Assembly (NCBI RefSeq): GCF_006345805.1
Contig: NC_043003.1
Coordinates: 31,992,001-32,056,000 of the forward strand
Origin: Octopus sinensis
Taxonomy: Eukaryota
Length of the DNA: 64,000 bases
Direction of reading: 5' to 3'
Both the position numbers and the translations under genes were made by a program. Shown here piece by piece: positions 1-11,924 of the stretch; positions within the stretch are counted from its first letter, which is position 1, and every line of letters begins with the position of its first letter. Below the pieces are notes generated by a model. That model was not told the origin of the DNA and ran no database searches. It saw only the letters and a program-made list of their open reading frames with translations.

Positions 1-545
1 ACACTCATTGGCATCAACAAAGATTATGAATTTATACTTGAGAAAGTTAAAAAGAAGAAATCTTACAATACAAATATCGGATGCCAACTACGGAGATGGT
101 CTTGCTCTTCGAGCTGAGAATATAGAATTAGTAGAGAAAGTGATACATGCACTGAAGATTGCAGTTGCACAAATAGGAGTATACTTGAATGACTATTAGA
201 CTAAATAGATGGGCTGTAAGATAACAAGTGAAAGCAGTACTCTGAATGGCGCCAATCTGACGGTGGTTGGTGAGTTTAGCTACTACCTGGGAAGTAACGT
301 TGATTCAACAGAAATTGATATTCAGTAAAAGATTGAAAAAGTGTGGAAAGTAGACCACATTTTTCAGAACACTACTAGAGAAGCGAAAGTGTAATATCCA
401 ACAATCTCTTTCTCTGGAAAGCCACACATGAACATACAGGTATTGGCAGACTAAGAGGTATTGGCATAGTAAGTCGAAGCTATGGAAGATCGGAAAATCT
501 GGCGTGGAAGAGTTGCAATCGTCCAGGCAAGTCGCCCGACTGCAT
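1..545 (+). mobile_element. RTE-clade LINE, decayed 3' part (RT C-terminus)
   Basis: ORF 8-199 reads ISDANYGDGLALRAEN...AVAQIGVYLN, a degenerate YADD block. It is followed by an FSY(Y)LGSNV-like segment and the end AMEDRKIWRGRVAIVQASRPTA*. Stops and frameshifts are present. Confidence 0.7.
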
Positions 546-3500
546 AGAGACGTAGGTGCGCTCCGCAACCTTATCAGCTATCATTACCAGGGACCATATG
601 TCTAATAAGTCGTCGTACTGATATGACTGTAATCTAGGATGCAGGCAGGGTCGATTGGTTTAGAAATCTGTTCAATACAACTGGGCGGCCAGAGATAAGT
701 GAGCGGAATATAGCAGACGGAATCTTCGTGGAAAATCATTTAAGAAAATGTTCCTTCAACTGTGTAAACTGTGCTGCAAGCAGTAGGGTCTTGTTTCTGA
801 GAATAATGTCTCTTGTCATATGTGCATAGTCGGAGATCGCTCACAAAGTTCTTTAACTAACCCTGTTGAATGTTTTCTCTTAACTATATTTTTCAATTAA
901 AATTTTCTAAGTATGAACCCTCTGCGTTCTCTTAGGATTTACCGGTGTCTGAAAGTCGATTGTATTAGATTTCATGTTTTGATGTGATGTCCGATGGGAT
1001 TCTTTTATATTTCCTGCAGTCATTAAGATTCTAAATTCAACAGTATATTCATTCTTATAATACACAGACGTGTTGCTTTGAACACTTTTATCGTTAATTA
1101 TGTCTACCGAGTAGAATAAATATAGATAGATTTTTTTAAGAGGTAACTAGTCTGCCGTTTATTACCTGGCAGTAATTTTCTGTGTGAGTGAATGTCTATG
1201 CGTATTTATGTGTATAGTGATGTTTAGTGAAATAAACAGTTCATCATATGCTTCTTCAGTAAGTGATGCTCTCGCTTATTCTGATTAAGATTTTGATGTG
1301 TTATAGGGGTAATATAAAAAAAGACACCGATAACGTCCTGGATATTTAAATATAAGATTGGAGGACCGTGCTATACGTAGTCATTCCATAAACACGCGTC
1401 AAACTGCATTAGTCAGAAAACGATTCCTGAAAATAACGCATGAAATAGAAATATGTATTGAAAGACTATCTCCGAATAAAAATAACTATTTTCAGGTGTG
1501 GATAAATATTTAAAACTGAACCGAATAAATAAGCCAATCTTGTAGTGGTAAATAATATCCTAAATGTAAACAAAACCTATTTTCATGAGATCATTTACAA
1601 ACATTCATGACCAGATGGCTGTTAAAAAAGATTGATTCGTTATTTTCCCATTTGCTTACAATGCCATGTATGTTGAAAATAAGGATTACCACAATCTCAT
1701 TTGAATTGTTGGGGAGATGGTAGCGATAGTAAGCTAGTAAATTGTTTTATTTACTATAATTTTACTGTTACGTATTCTTTTGTATGAAAATCCCGCATTA
1801 TCATCGATATGGGTAAAAAAGTACCGTAATCTAAAAATAATCTCTCAGAGCCTTCTATCGACTAGTCTTAATCTTTGAAACAATTAATTACTACGACAGT
1901 CACGTGAAAAGATTTTCATTGGACAACGACGGTGTTTTCGAGAGGAAAGATAAGCTGTAAGGGCAGCTGCTGGTTTCCACTGAAAAAGAAATAGAAATTT
2001 ACTAGGCATACACCATAGAGAATATTTTCTTGCTGCAGATATAAAATTAACACTAATAAATGGAGACCTTTCATATAAAGATAAATCTCTTTAGGATCTA
2101 TCTTCCTGTAGATATTCATCGATGGTTGGACCTTGAGATGTCGCGGCTTTAGAAAGTTGTAGCAGAGACATTCACACGTATGTAGCTTGAGAGGCGTGTA
2201 GTAAACATATACAAATCTGCATTTTTTCTTCCAATTAATTAAGCGTGAAAGTAATTATCAGATTGTTACTGGATATCTTAGTATAGATAGCATTTTCAAA
2301 TAGCTATTTTTATTCTGGGCTAATTATTCATTGCTTATTTCTATTTCATGAGTTATTTTTAAAAACTGTTTTCTGTGTAGTGTATGTTTAAGCATGTTCC
2401 TGGAGTGATCGTATATGGCTTCATTTTCCAACCTGATAAGTAATCATCAAGAATGTTGTTAGCATCATTGCGTTATATTGCCTCTAACTATGTAGCTATC
2501 GTTACACAAAAATAAATTCCAAAAGGAAAAGCAATTACTTCACTTGTTGCAGGGATATTTCATAAGACATTTTCCCCTCTCACACACACAATCTCTATCT
2601 TTACTTTTCCTCTTTTAGTTTAATAAAACCCTCCTTCTTACAACGGATTAAGGCAAGTTCTTCTTTCACAAACTCTCGTGTCATAAGATAACTTGATATA
2701 AATATTCCATGATGAAAATTTATCGATAATATCTCAAAGACAGTGTAAATCACAAGTAAAATAACGACCGTGTGCATGAGTATAAGCCGAACCCTTACAA
2801 AGTCTAAAACCCTTAAATTTCTAATCCCATTACTCAGATGACTGGACATGATTAAAGAATCCGTCCAGAGGCTCAGCCCACCTTTGAGGATGCAGAAGGG
2901 TTTGAAAGGGATTGCCAGCTGTGGGGTTCCAATAGTAGATCTGTTGGGCTCTACGATCTTGGACCGCTAGACTGGGATGTCCCCAGCTCCAATGAGAAAG
3001 AGCAGGGAGAGAGAGAGGGGGAAAGAGAAAGATTCTGTTGATATCCCAACATCAGCGAACAGCCACTTTTTCTCTATACTTTTTATTAGTTTTGTGTATC
3101 CCAGAGTAGTGTTTGATTTATTGTTGTTCAAATTGCGTTATTTTCTGATTTAATGACTTTTTGAGCCGTGTGCTGGAGATTTTAAAAGGTTTTCTTTTTC
3201 TTTCAAATAAAATTAAAAAGGGATGGATGGTGAAAAGTACCATACACTGAAAATTACATGTATATAATTTATCCATGCTTTACACAAATATACACGACCA
3301 ATCTAAAAGCATGTACAGATTATGGAGAATGTGAAAATGTTAAATACTAAGTCCCAACGCATTAGGTTGCTTTATTAGCAATAATAAGGTTCCAGAAACA
3401 GACATAACGAGAAGTAATATAAATAATAACGTTTGATCATAAAAAATAAAACATCGAGCGCACTAGCTAAGATATGTTCTGCAATCCACCACAACTGAAA

Positions 3501-4271
3501 TCATTACACTAAATCCACAAACAAAATATCCCAACAGGAATGGCTATACCTACAAAGAATAAACCTTCAAATCAAAATAAAGATATCACAGGTTTTACAT
3601 TCACAAATCTATCCAAAGTATTATGGCAAAATAAACCAAAAATAGATATAAAGAATGAATACCAAAAGTTCAAATACAAAATAAAAACTATGAACACAAG
3701 TGGTCAAGAAGCCGGCTCCAATTACAAAATTCCATCAATCAACTATTTCACAATGAACGTTGTAAAAAGGTACATCACAATATATTAGCCGCAACTGACA
3801 TTGTAAACATCTATTTGAAACTATAAGGAAGATAACAATTACAATTATATAAATGATGTAATCAATAAACTTGATTAAATAGAAATCTATATGTTAAACT
3901 TAAGCAAACTTTTACAAATTGATTTTTAAATATAGCAAGGCTTAACAAGAAAATCTTTCTACAGAAGTAAATTTGAATATCTACAACTTAAATTATCTCA
4001 TGTTTTATCTAATGTTGTATTGAGGGAAATCGGATTAACTTCCAGTAGAGTTCGGCCCTACGCGGCAAAACTTACAGAAAATTAGCCGGACAAAATTATA
4101 CCATATAAAATTGAGATAGGAAAGGGTTCTATCTACATTTCGCAACATGGGGAAGAAAACGTCTAATTAATGAAACACTAAATAATAACTAGAAAATATT
4201 CCATCCGTAAAGGGAAAACATTCAGGAATTAAAAGAAAAACGAAGAAATTATTTTCCCATAACCAAGTTAT

Positions 4272-4527
4272 AGGCGCAGGTGAGGCTGTGTGGTAAGCAG
4301 GTTGCTTTACGATAACATCGGGCCGACCAAAGCCTTGTCAGTGGATTGGTAGACGGAAACTGAAAGAAGCCCGTCGTATATGTACATATGTATCTGTGTG
4401 TATGCATGTTTGTGTGTCTGTTTGTCCCCCACCATCACTTGACAATCGATGCTGGTGTGTTTATGCTCCGTAACTTAATAGTTTGGAAAAAGGGACCGAT
4501 AGAATAAGTACTAGGCTTACAAAGAAT
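4272..4527 (+). mobile_element. tRNA-derived SINE (octopus-type family A), internally deleted and 3'-truncated
   Basis: Head ggcgcaggtgaggctgtgtggtaag, body cgggccgaccaaagccttgtcagtggattggtagacggaaactgaaagaagcccgtcg, an internal TG/TA tract, and 3' gaccgatagaataagtactaggcttacaaagaata. Homologous to the inverted copies at 59262 and 59991. Confidence 0.85.
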
Positions 4528-4529
4528 AT

Positions 4530-4935
4530 AGAACATTCCTACATTATCGTGCATACATGATAACTTTGGGCAGAAAAACGCTTCGTGTTGCTAAATAAAT
4601 TTGCCTGAAACTAACGACCATTGTAGACGTTCATATTTATTGACTACATTCAAAATTTCTGAATAATCTTATTTGATAAAATGTGGGTGTGAGTTTGTTG
4701 TTGTTGATGATATAGTTGGTTGTGGTATCGTTGCCAATTGTGTCGCTATAATTGTCTGCAATGATGTTGCTGTGTATAAAAATGTCATAGTTTTCAGTGT
4801 ATGCTTTTCTGCAAAGTGGTCTGTCAGTTTGTGTTCTTCTATATGTTAAAGCTTCGTTAGGTTGCCCTCATTTTCCGTATTTTTGCTGCTCGTGTATACA
4901 TAGTTAGTCACTACATTATCCATGTTTGTAAGCAA
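4530..4935 (-). mobile_element. Penelope-like fragment (thumb/linker region)
   Basis: Minus strand has a Thr/Asn-rich low-complexity linker, then a KFLNVVNKY / SYSC-N-like segment. Degenerate. Confidence 0.3.
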
Positions 4936-5879
4936 ACAAGAAAATATTACCGTAAGATAATATTCTATTTATGTTGTTTTCAGAAACTCCAAGAATGAAA
5001 ATGAGATTAAAAATCTATTATTGCAAATACCTATCACGTGTTTAGATTACCTATAATGCATCTGCCATTACATAGACCTAAATTCAAGAAACAAACACAA
5101 AGTATTCAACATATTTGTACAAACGTGCATTTAAAAAAAAATATTTCAGAACTATATTAAGAATACAAAAATAAAGAAGTAAAATATTTTAGAGGATGCA
5201 TTTAGATTAACTGCAATGACCCACAACTCTCGACGTAAACTTTAAATGCAATAATGCTTCACATTCTGCAAGTAATGGGACATTAAATATAAAGGTAGAA
5301 TAAAAGAGGAATGAAGAGAGATATATTCCAATATAAATGGAATATCTGTGTATGTCTCTGTATACTATCGCAAATTTCAAATGTTATAATATCAATTCTT
5401 CATATGAAGATAATATTTTTGTTAAGGAAGAGTTGCAGTTTATTACATGATCTCAGTATATTACCCATAGTATACACGCCGGCTAGATGAAAGACAAAAT
5501 GTTTCCATAAAACATTACAAATTGGAAACTACAAATAGTAATGTTGTTAGCGAAGACAATATTCATGGAAACCTACTGTATTCAGAATATTGTATATACA
5601 AATGTATCAACAAATGAACATGCCAAGATAGAATTATATGAATAATGTATACTTCATCGCCAACATCAATAAGTAGAGTTATGATGTAAGAGATAAGCAA
5701 TAGTATATTCTTTATTGGCCACAACAGTCCAAATATAAAACATAAACCTATCAAACAATAGGGTACAAAGCTTGTGAAGCAGTACATATCTATAACAAAT
5801 AGAAGTTAATAACTTATAAAATGAAAAGAATAAGAACATGCCACCTGTCTAAGAGTAAAACCTACTTATTACCCTTTCC

Positions 5880-7800
5880 TCTGGAACTTTCTGAAAAGTG
5901 GCTCCTCCCAGAATTGCCCATGAGCATTGTTACCTTAAATGAAGCTGTAAAGAGTCCTAATTTCTTTTGGAATCCATTGGTTAGCTATCGATAAATCCAG
6001 TCCACCGTTTTCAACAACCCGCTATCATTTACATGTGCTGTTATCGTCCCCAATTTCTTCCTCAGTCAGTATTAAATATGCTCTCTTCTTTAAAGTTCCT
6101 TATGAAATCAATAGGTCTTTACCTATTTCTTCTGCTTAATGTGAAATTTATTCATGTCATTTTGAACGTGTTTTTGTTTTTGTATTGGAAACTTCCAATC
6201 TTTTATTTCCCTGTTTTCTGGGATTTCTTTTATTTCTTGTCTCTTCACTCATTCTTTCTTTTATATTTTTGGTATTCTCTATGGTTTCCGCTTTTCATGA
6301 ATATCCAATTTTTCGATATCGACGGTAGTTGCTGCTATGGAACTACTGCCTTTAACTTTTGATGGACTCTGTGTATGAGAGTGGAAATTTGAGCTTAGGG
6401 CACCCGATATCCTCGGGACTTACAATATATGGAAACAGTACAAGTCGATGCCAATCAAACCATGTAATAACTACACTCAGTGTTCCTAACGGTGCTGTTG
6501 TGACTCGCACAGTAGAAGCACCACACTCCTATTTGTGTAATAGATACCAATTTTGTTCGGGATCCACATGAGTAGCAAGCGAGAACTTCTCTTTACATCG
6601 CCAGCCTGTTTGAACTAATTTCACTGTCAAACGTAGAATATATCTCCGAGATTGCATTGTAGTCCAAGGAGATAAGCTGATACTATTGCTGGAAACCTTT
6701 GTCCGCACTGGATAAATGGGTCCACGATGGAACTAACATTTTATTTTTCTACTAAAAATGGATTGCGACAATGTCCCATTACAAACTATTTCTTTAGCCT
6801 AGTGTTGCTCTACGACCTCTCGCCTTACTCCATTAGAAAAACATCAATTGTAATTATTGTTGGAGTATTTGCTATTTTCACTCAAATTAACAGTTTCCTT
6901 ATTTGAATTTATAATTTTCTAAATGTTTGTGCTTATAGCTCTTTCTGTTTAACAGTGATGTCATAATGTGTGCTGGCAGCTTATTCATTTCATGAAGAGC
7001 GGATCTTGGCTCTTCCATAAGCGGCAGTAAACCTTGCGTTACAATCCACTCTGATATTTCTTGGCAAAAGTATAACTGTCAGCTAGTAGTACAGCACTGA
7101 GGCAATAAATGCTTTACCCACATTTGCCTGCTCTTTCAAGGACAGTTTCCGTTCCCGTCATCAATGAGTGAGAGTGCTCACCATGTTCTTGATATTTTAC
7201 CATTTCCTATCCACCAGTACGTCTGGTCCGAACAAGACTCTCAACAGCTTCGCCGAACCCCCAGTCTAGTGACAGAAACCGATGCTGTTCAACAAGGTCT
7301 TACCTCTCTAGATGCCGGTTTGCAAGTCCACCGATTTATGCCTGCTCCTGCACACAACAGAACGGTTTTGCTTCTATATCCAATGTGTCTGAGATGATGA
7401 CAGGGATGTCGTCCAGTCCACAGAATTATTTGTACAAGGGAAAAATATATTCAAACACAACAGTTTGTCATATTGCTTTCCAAAAAATGAAAATCCAAGA
7501 TGGTGCTGTTTAGATTCGTTTTCCATATATAGAGTGGGGCGGGAGAAAAATTTAAATTCCACAAGACCTTTTGTAGATTGTATTGTGCCTGACGAAATGA
7601 CTTTCAATACGTTGTTGCGACTCGATATAATGAGATTCAGAAAATAAATTTCTGAGTGCCATCGGCTCAATGTTCCATCGCATCCATGTCCTATCGCATC
7701 GATACTAAAGTTGTCAATTGATAAGCATGATTTAAATAATTGAATCAATTTGACCGAGTCTGTGCCTCCACTGGTATTATATCAATATGCCTGAATTAGA
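5880..7800 (-). mobile_element. Ty3/gypsy LTR retrotransposon pol remnant (RNase H end, then integrase)
   Basis: Motifs in the expected order on the minus strand: GTLSRWHSEI...SRNNV (RNase H end, ~7650); QTYWWIG.MVK.IKNMVST (integrase Zn region, ~7200); WDIVAI..IVDPF (~6750); YIL..KLVQTGW..KEKFSLATHVDPEQN (core); LVLFPYIVSPEDIG; ENTKNIKERM. Confidence 0.65.
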
Positions 7801-8559
7801 AACAAAGGGTACAAAGTAACGTTCGAGAAACCAAATTTGTTTGAATATACAATTGACGTGCTACCTTACAGTTGTCACTACATACATCATAGCTTTATAC
7901 GATCGAATTTGTCTTTGTACATAATGTATTCTTTTGAATGAAAATAAAATAATAAGTTCACAGGAAACAAAATATATCGAAAGAGTAATTATTAAAACAA
8001 CTAACTAAAAATCTTCAGATAATTACAGGGAAGAAAGTTTGAATCGTATCGGAGTAGAGTGAAATTAATTAAAAAAGACAATGGCAGGAAAGAATGCAGA
8101 ACAATGAGATATGAACAATTGTATTCATGGTCAAATATATGGAACCACCCAAACTATTTGATTATGTATTGAACGCTCTCACGGTCTTATAAAGCAATTC
8201 AGCAAATTATAAGAATTCTCCATAGAAAAATCAGGATGGTAGAAATGGTATATAAATTATAATTATCATTGTCTCAACTCCGATACGGCATACGTAATAT
8301 TTGCAGTCAAGTGTTCGTAATTTCCGAAAATAATTTATACGCTTTGGTTCACAAGATCTGGTGAGAGGAGATATAAGCCTATAAAGACAACATAAAGTAA
8401 ATCAACAGTGGATGATCGTCGGATAAGAAAAAAATATCTATTCGTAGAATAGTAAAGAGAGTGGTAGATATTAAAAGCCATACGACATTAATGATTTTCC
8501 GAAGATCAATCATGCACTAGACAGCGAACAAATTCCATTTTCTTTAGTATTGAGCTGTT

Positions 8560-8910
8560 GAAAGCGAAATTAGTTATGCTACTGGGCTATGTATGTGGCA
8601 GAAACCATATCTGTTGGCTGCTAACTATCTCGCATGGCTAGTTCAATGACGTACACAGTATGGTATGTCTCTTCTAGTTCACTTAGATGTCAGTGTCCAT
8701 TATATCGCCGTGAAGACAAATCTCTTTTACCAATAAATAAAAATAAAAAGAAAACAGAATTAGCTATACTCAGTGCTGTTGTGACTCGTACAGTAGCAGC
8801 GCTACACTTCTATTTGTGTAATAGATACAAATTGTGTTCGGGATCCACATGAGTAGCAAGTGGGAACTCCTCCTTATATCACAAGTTTGTCTGAACAAAT
8901 TTCACTATCC
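8560..8910 (-). mobile_element. Second gypsy integrase-core fragment
   Basis: 8770-8900 is a diverged copy of 6470-6620 (both contain gatagtgaaatt/ttgctactcatgtggatcccgaaca-type text on the minus strand). ORFs 6359-6571 and 8634-8852 share VVTRTV.A.H.YLCNRY..CSGST on the antisense strand. Confidence 0.55.
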
Positions 8911-10249
8911 AAAAATCCTGGGATATACATTCGTTCATTAGAGAACTAATGTAAATTTATTTTCGCTCTTTCTTGGCCTACAAATAATCACTTTTCCTGT
9001 AAAAGTTTCGAAACCCCCATCGAATTAGTGGTGACTATTTTCTAGATTATGAATCAAAAATACACTTCTATTTTTGAAATTTAGGAAAAGGACAATACGT
9101 GTGAGATGGATTAAATTCTTAAACCTGTTCAGCGATGGTTTGGCAGAAAATGTGAGTCATCAGGTAGTGTGGAAGGTTACATTTCTGAGTCACAAGTTTG
9201 GGTGAAGTTTTTAATACGATAGTTTATGTTGTGAGATACAACAAAAATCAAAAGGAACAGAGATATTTTAGGCATATGTTGGTCGTGGATAGTGTACTAG
9301 TGTTTAGTTAATAAAATGACTAATCTGTGATATTGTCTTTGATTAACGTACATACTACTAACATTTATGAGTGTAGTAGATGTTATATCACGGAAATGTC
9401 ACTGTGCTTCAATTATAATATTCAGTTGTGGCTTCAAAAATCACATACTATCTAGAAATGAATTATTTTCAGTAGTGTATTCCATCAGAAGGGAATATCT
9501 AGCATTTAAGATAGTATTTCATCAACTTTATAGATATGTACTCATTTTGATAGATTATCGGACAACTAGGAATTTGATCTTACTAAAATAAGGGAGCTTA
9601 ATGTTGTGAGTTTCCTTGATAGCGTAGTGTTTTAACGACGACTAGTTTTTACTGTAACCGTTTCATGATATTTCCTAGTGTAAGGAGAACCTGTTGTTGC
9701 TCTACAACATATAGTGAAATGTAGCGTCCAGATATTGTGTGCAGAGCATTTTTATACGAATACTAATTGAGAAGTGAATAGTAACAATACTTTCATAGAA
9801 GTACGTTCGGTGGCAGCAACCAACAAATTAAACACTGGTGTAAATAGGAAAGATGTAAGAGATGAAACCTTAATCTCAAACAAATGTATTCAGTATAAAA
9901 TGAAGATTAAAATAGAGCCAAATTACGATGCAAATCGAAAATAAATTTAATCATGGCTGAAATACTTAGTGATAGATGGACCGTGAAATGAAACGTTTCG
10001 CAAATAGCAAGGCTCCAGAAAGACAGTACTTATTTAAAAATTCTATAGTGTTAAACTGATGTGTGGCTCACCGATATATCCATCAAATTCCAATCACTTG
10101 CAGAAAATTGAGGCAAGAAATTGAATTCTGAAATTTAGCACGATACATCACTTATCAATTTTACATTACGGCATTACTTACCGATGATATTTAAATGCCT
10201 CTCTGTGTTAAAAGAGCGATATAATAATTTGTCCTCAAGGAATAAGGGA

Positions 10250-10930
10250 TTTGGCTTAAAGCAAACAAACCAGATGGCAAGTAGTCACGAATCACAGAAA
10301 TTTGCCCAGCTAATCAAGTGAAAGTCATGTAGATCATCACATGTTCTTCTAGATTATAATGTACAGGTTCAAACGTACGAAAATTTAAGAAGTATATTCA
10401 AGTGAATGGCACTAAAATGCTTTAGAAATCCCAGTAGAATACTATCTCCTCGGATGTCACTGAAACTACAGTTTGGAATATGCCAATATACACAGCCATG
10501 GAGATGAAGGCTAATTGACTATAGATTTTAGGTAATGGTTTACAGAAAAAGAAATACCTCCTTATCAACGTACCTGTACTAAAGCATGAAATTGTTTTCC
10601 TAAAACAAATGAAGAAATTATCCAAATATACATATCAGGAAATAGACATATTGCGAAAGTGGAAATGCAAGTACAATTTCTACAATAATAGGTACCTTTG
10701 GAATGATAAAAAAAAATCACATGCAGACAAATCCATAACCAAAAGACGCAACATTTACAAATATACATAACATACAGAAAATAATAGCACTGCTAGTTGA
10801 AGTAAATATTTTATTTTGTGGTCTTTAAATACAGTGAAAAATAACAAGACCATAAATAAACACTGCATCTACTGAAGCGACTTAGCAGTGCGGTGTAATA
10901 AAGGAATAAACCTCAAATGACTGTATAACG
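10250..10930 (+). mobile_element. R4/Dong-type non-LTR element, old 3' fragment (RLE domain)
   Basis: Reads TVWNMPIYTAMEMKAN..KKKYLLINVPV..EIVFLKQMKKLSKY..IIGTFGMIKK, matching the WDMPIHTD.EIKANRPD..LIDV.IP..KLSKY..IIGALG pattern. Ends at the GAT/AAT array. Confidence 0.65.
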
Positions 10931-11661
<731 letters not shown>

Positions 11662-11772
11662 AATAATAATAATAATAATAATGACAATAATAATGATGAT
11701 AATGATGTTAATAACAACTACGACGACTATGATGGTAACACTTTCTTTATTAACCACAAATAAAAAAAATGA

Positions 11773-11809
<37 letters not shown>

Positions 11810-11920
11810 TAATAATAATAATAATGATGTTGATGATGATGATGATGATGACAATAATAATGATGATGATAATGATAATTATAATAACAACAACAACTAC
11901 GACGACTATGATGGTAATAC
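11662..11920. repeat. Composite AAT/GAT/AAC microsatellite with a ~170-bp tandem duplication
   Basis: acaactacgacgactatgatggtaa(c/t)actttctttattaa(c/t)cacaaa occurs at ~11715 and ~11890. Confidence 0.9.
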
Positions 11921-11924
11921 TTTC

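Larger units (their letters stand above)
3500..5800 (+). mobile_element. Highly decayed Penelope-like element, interrupted by a SINE and an inverted fragment
   Basis: Scattered weak RT-like peptides: LSHVLSNVVLREIGL (~4000), IKNLLLQIP (~5010, cf. DIKSLYTNIP) and WKPTVFR (~5565, cf. YRKPT). Many stops. Confidence 0.3.

Noticed and set aside
1900-2000. Good minus-strand acceptor (tttctatttctttttcag) with short open frames
   Set aside because: No convincing donor or recognisable peptide, so there is not enough evidence to call an exon.
6450-6620. Apparent gag zinc knuckles (CYSCGS..WCFYC)
   Set aside because: An alternative frame gives an integrase core that is collinear with the upstream RNase H and Zn motifs and the downstream LVLFPY. 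That reading is more coherent.
10422-10768. Minus-strand ORFs resembling a class A GPCR (..RRYFFFCKP.., DLSACDFF)
   Set aside because: They are the antisense of an R4/Dong RLE domain that reads convincingly on the + strand. The hydrophobicity comes from A-rich codons read backwards.
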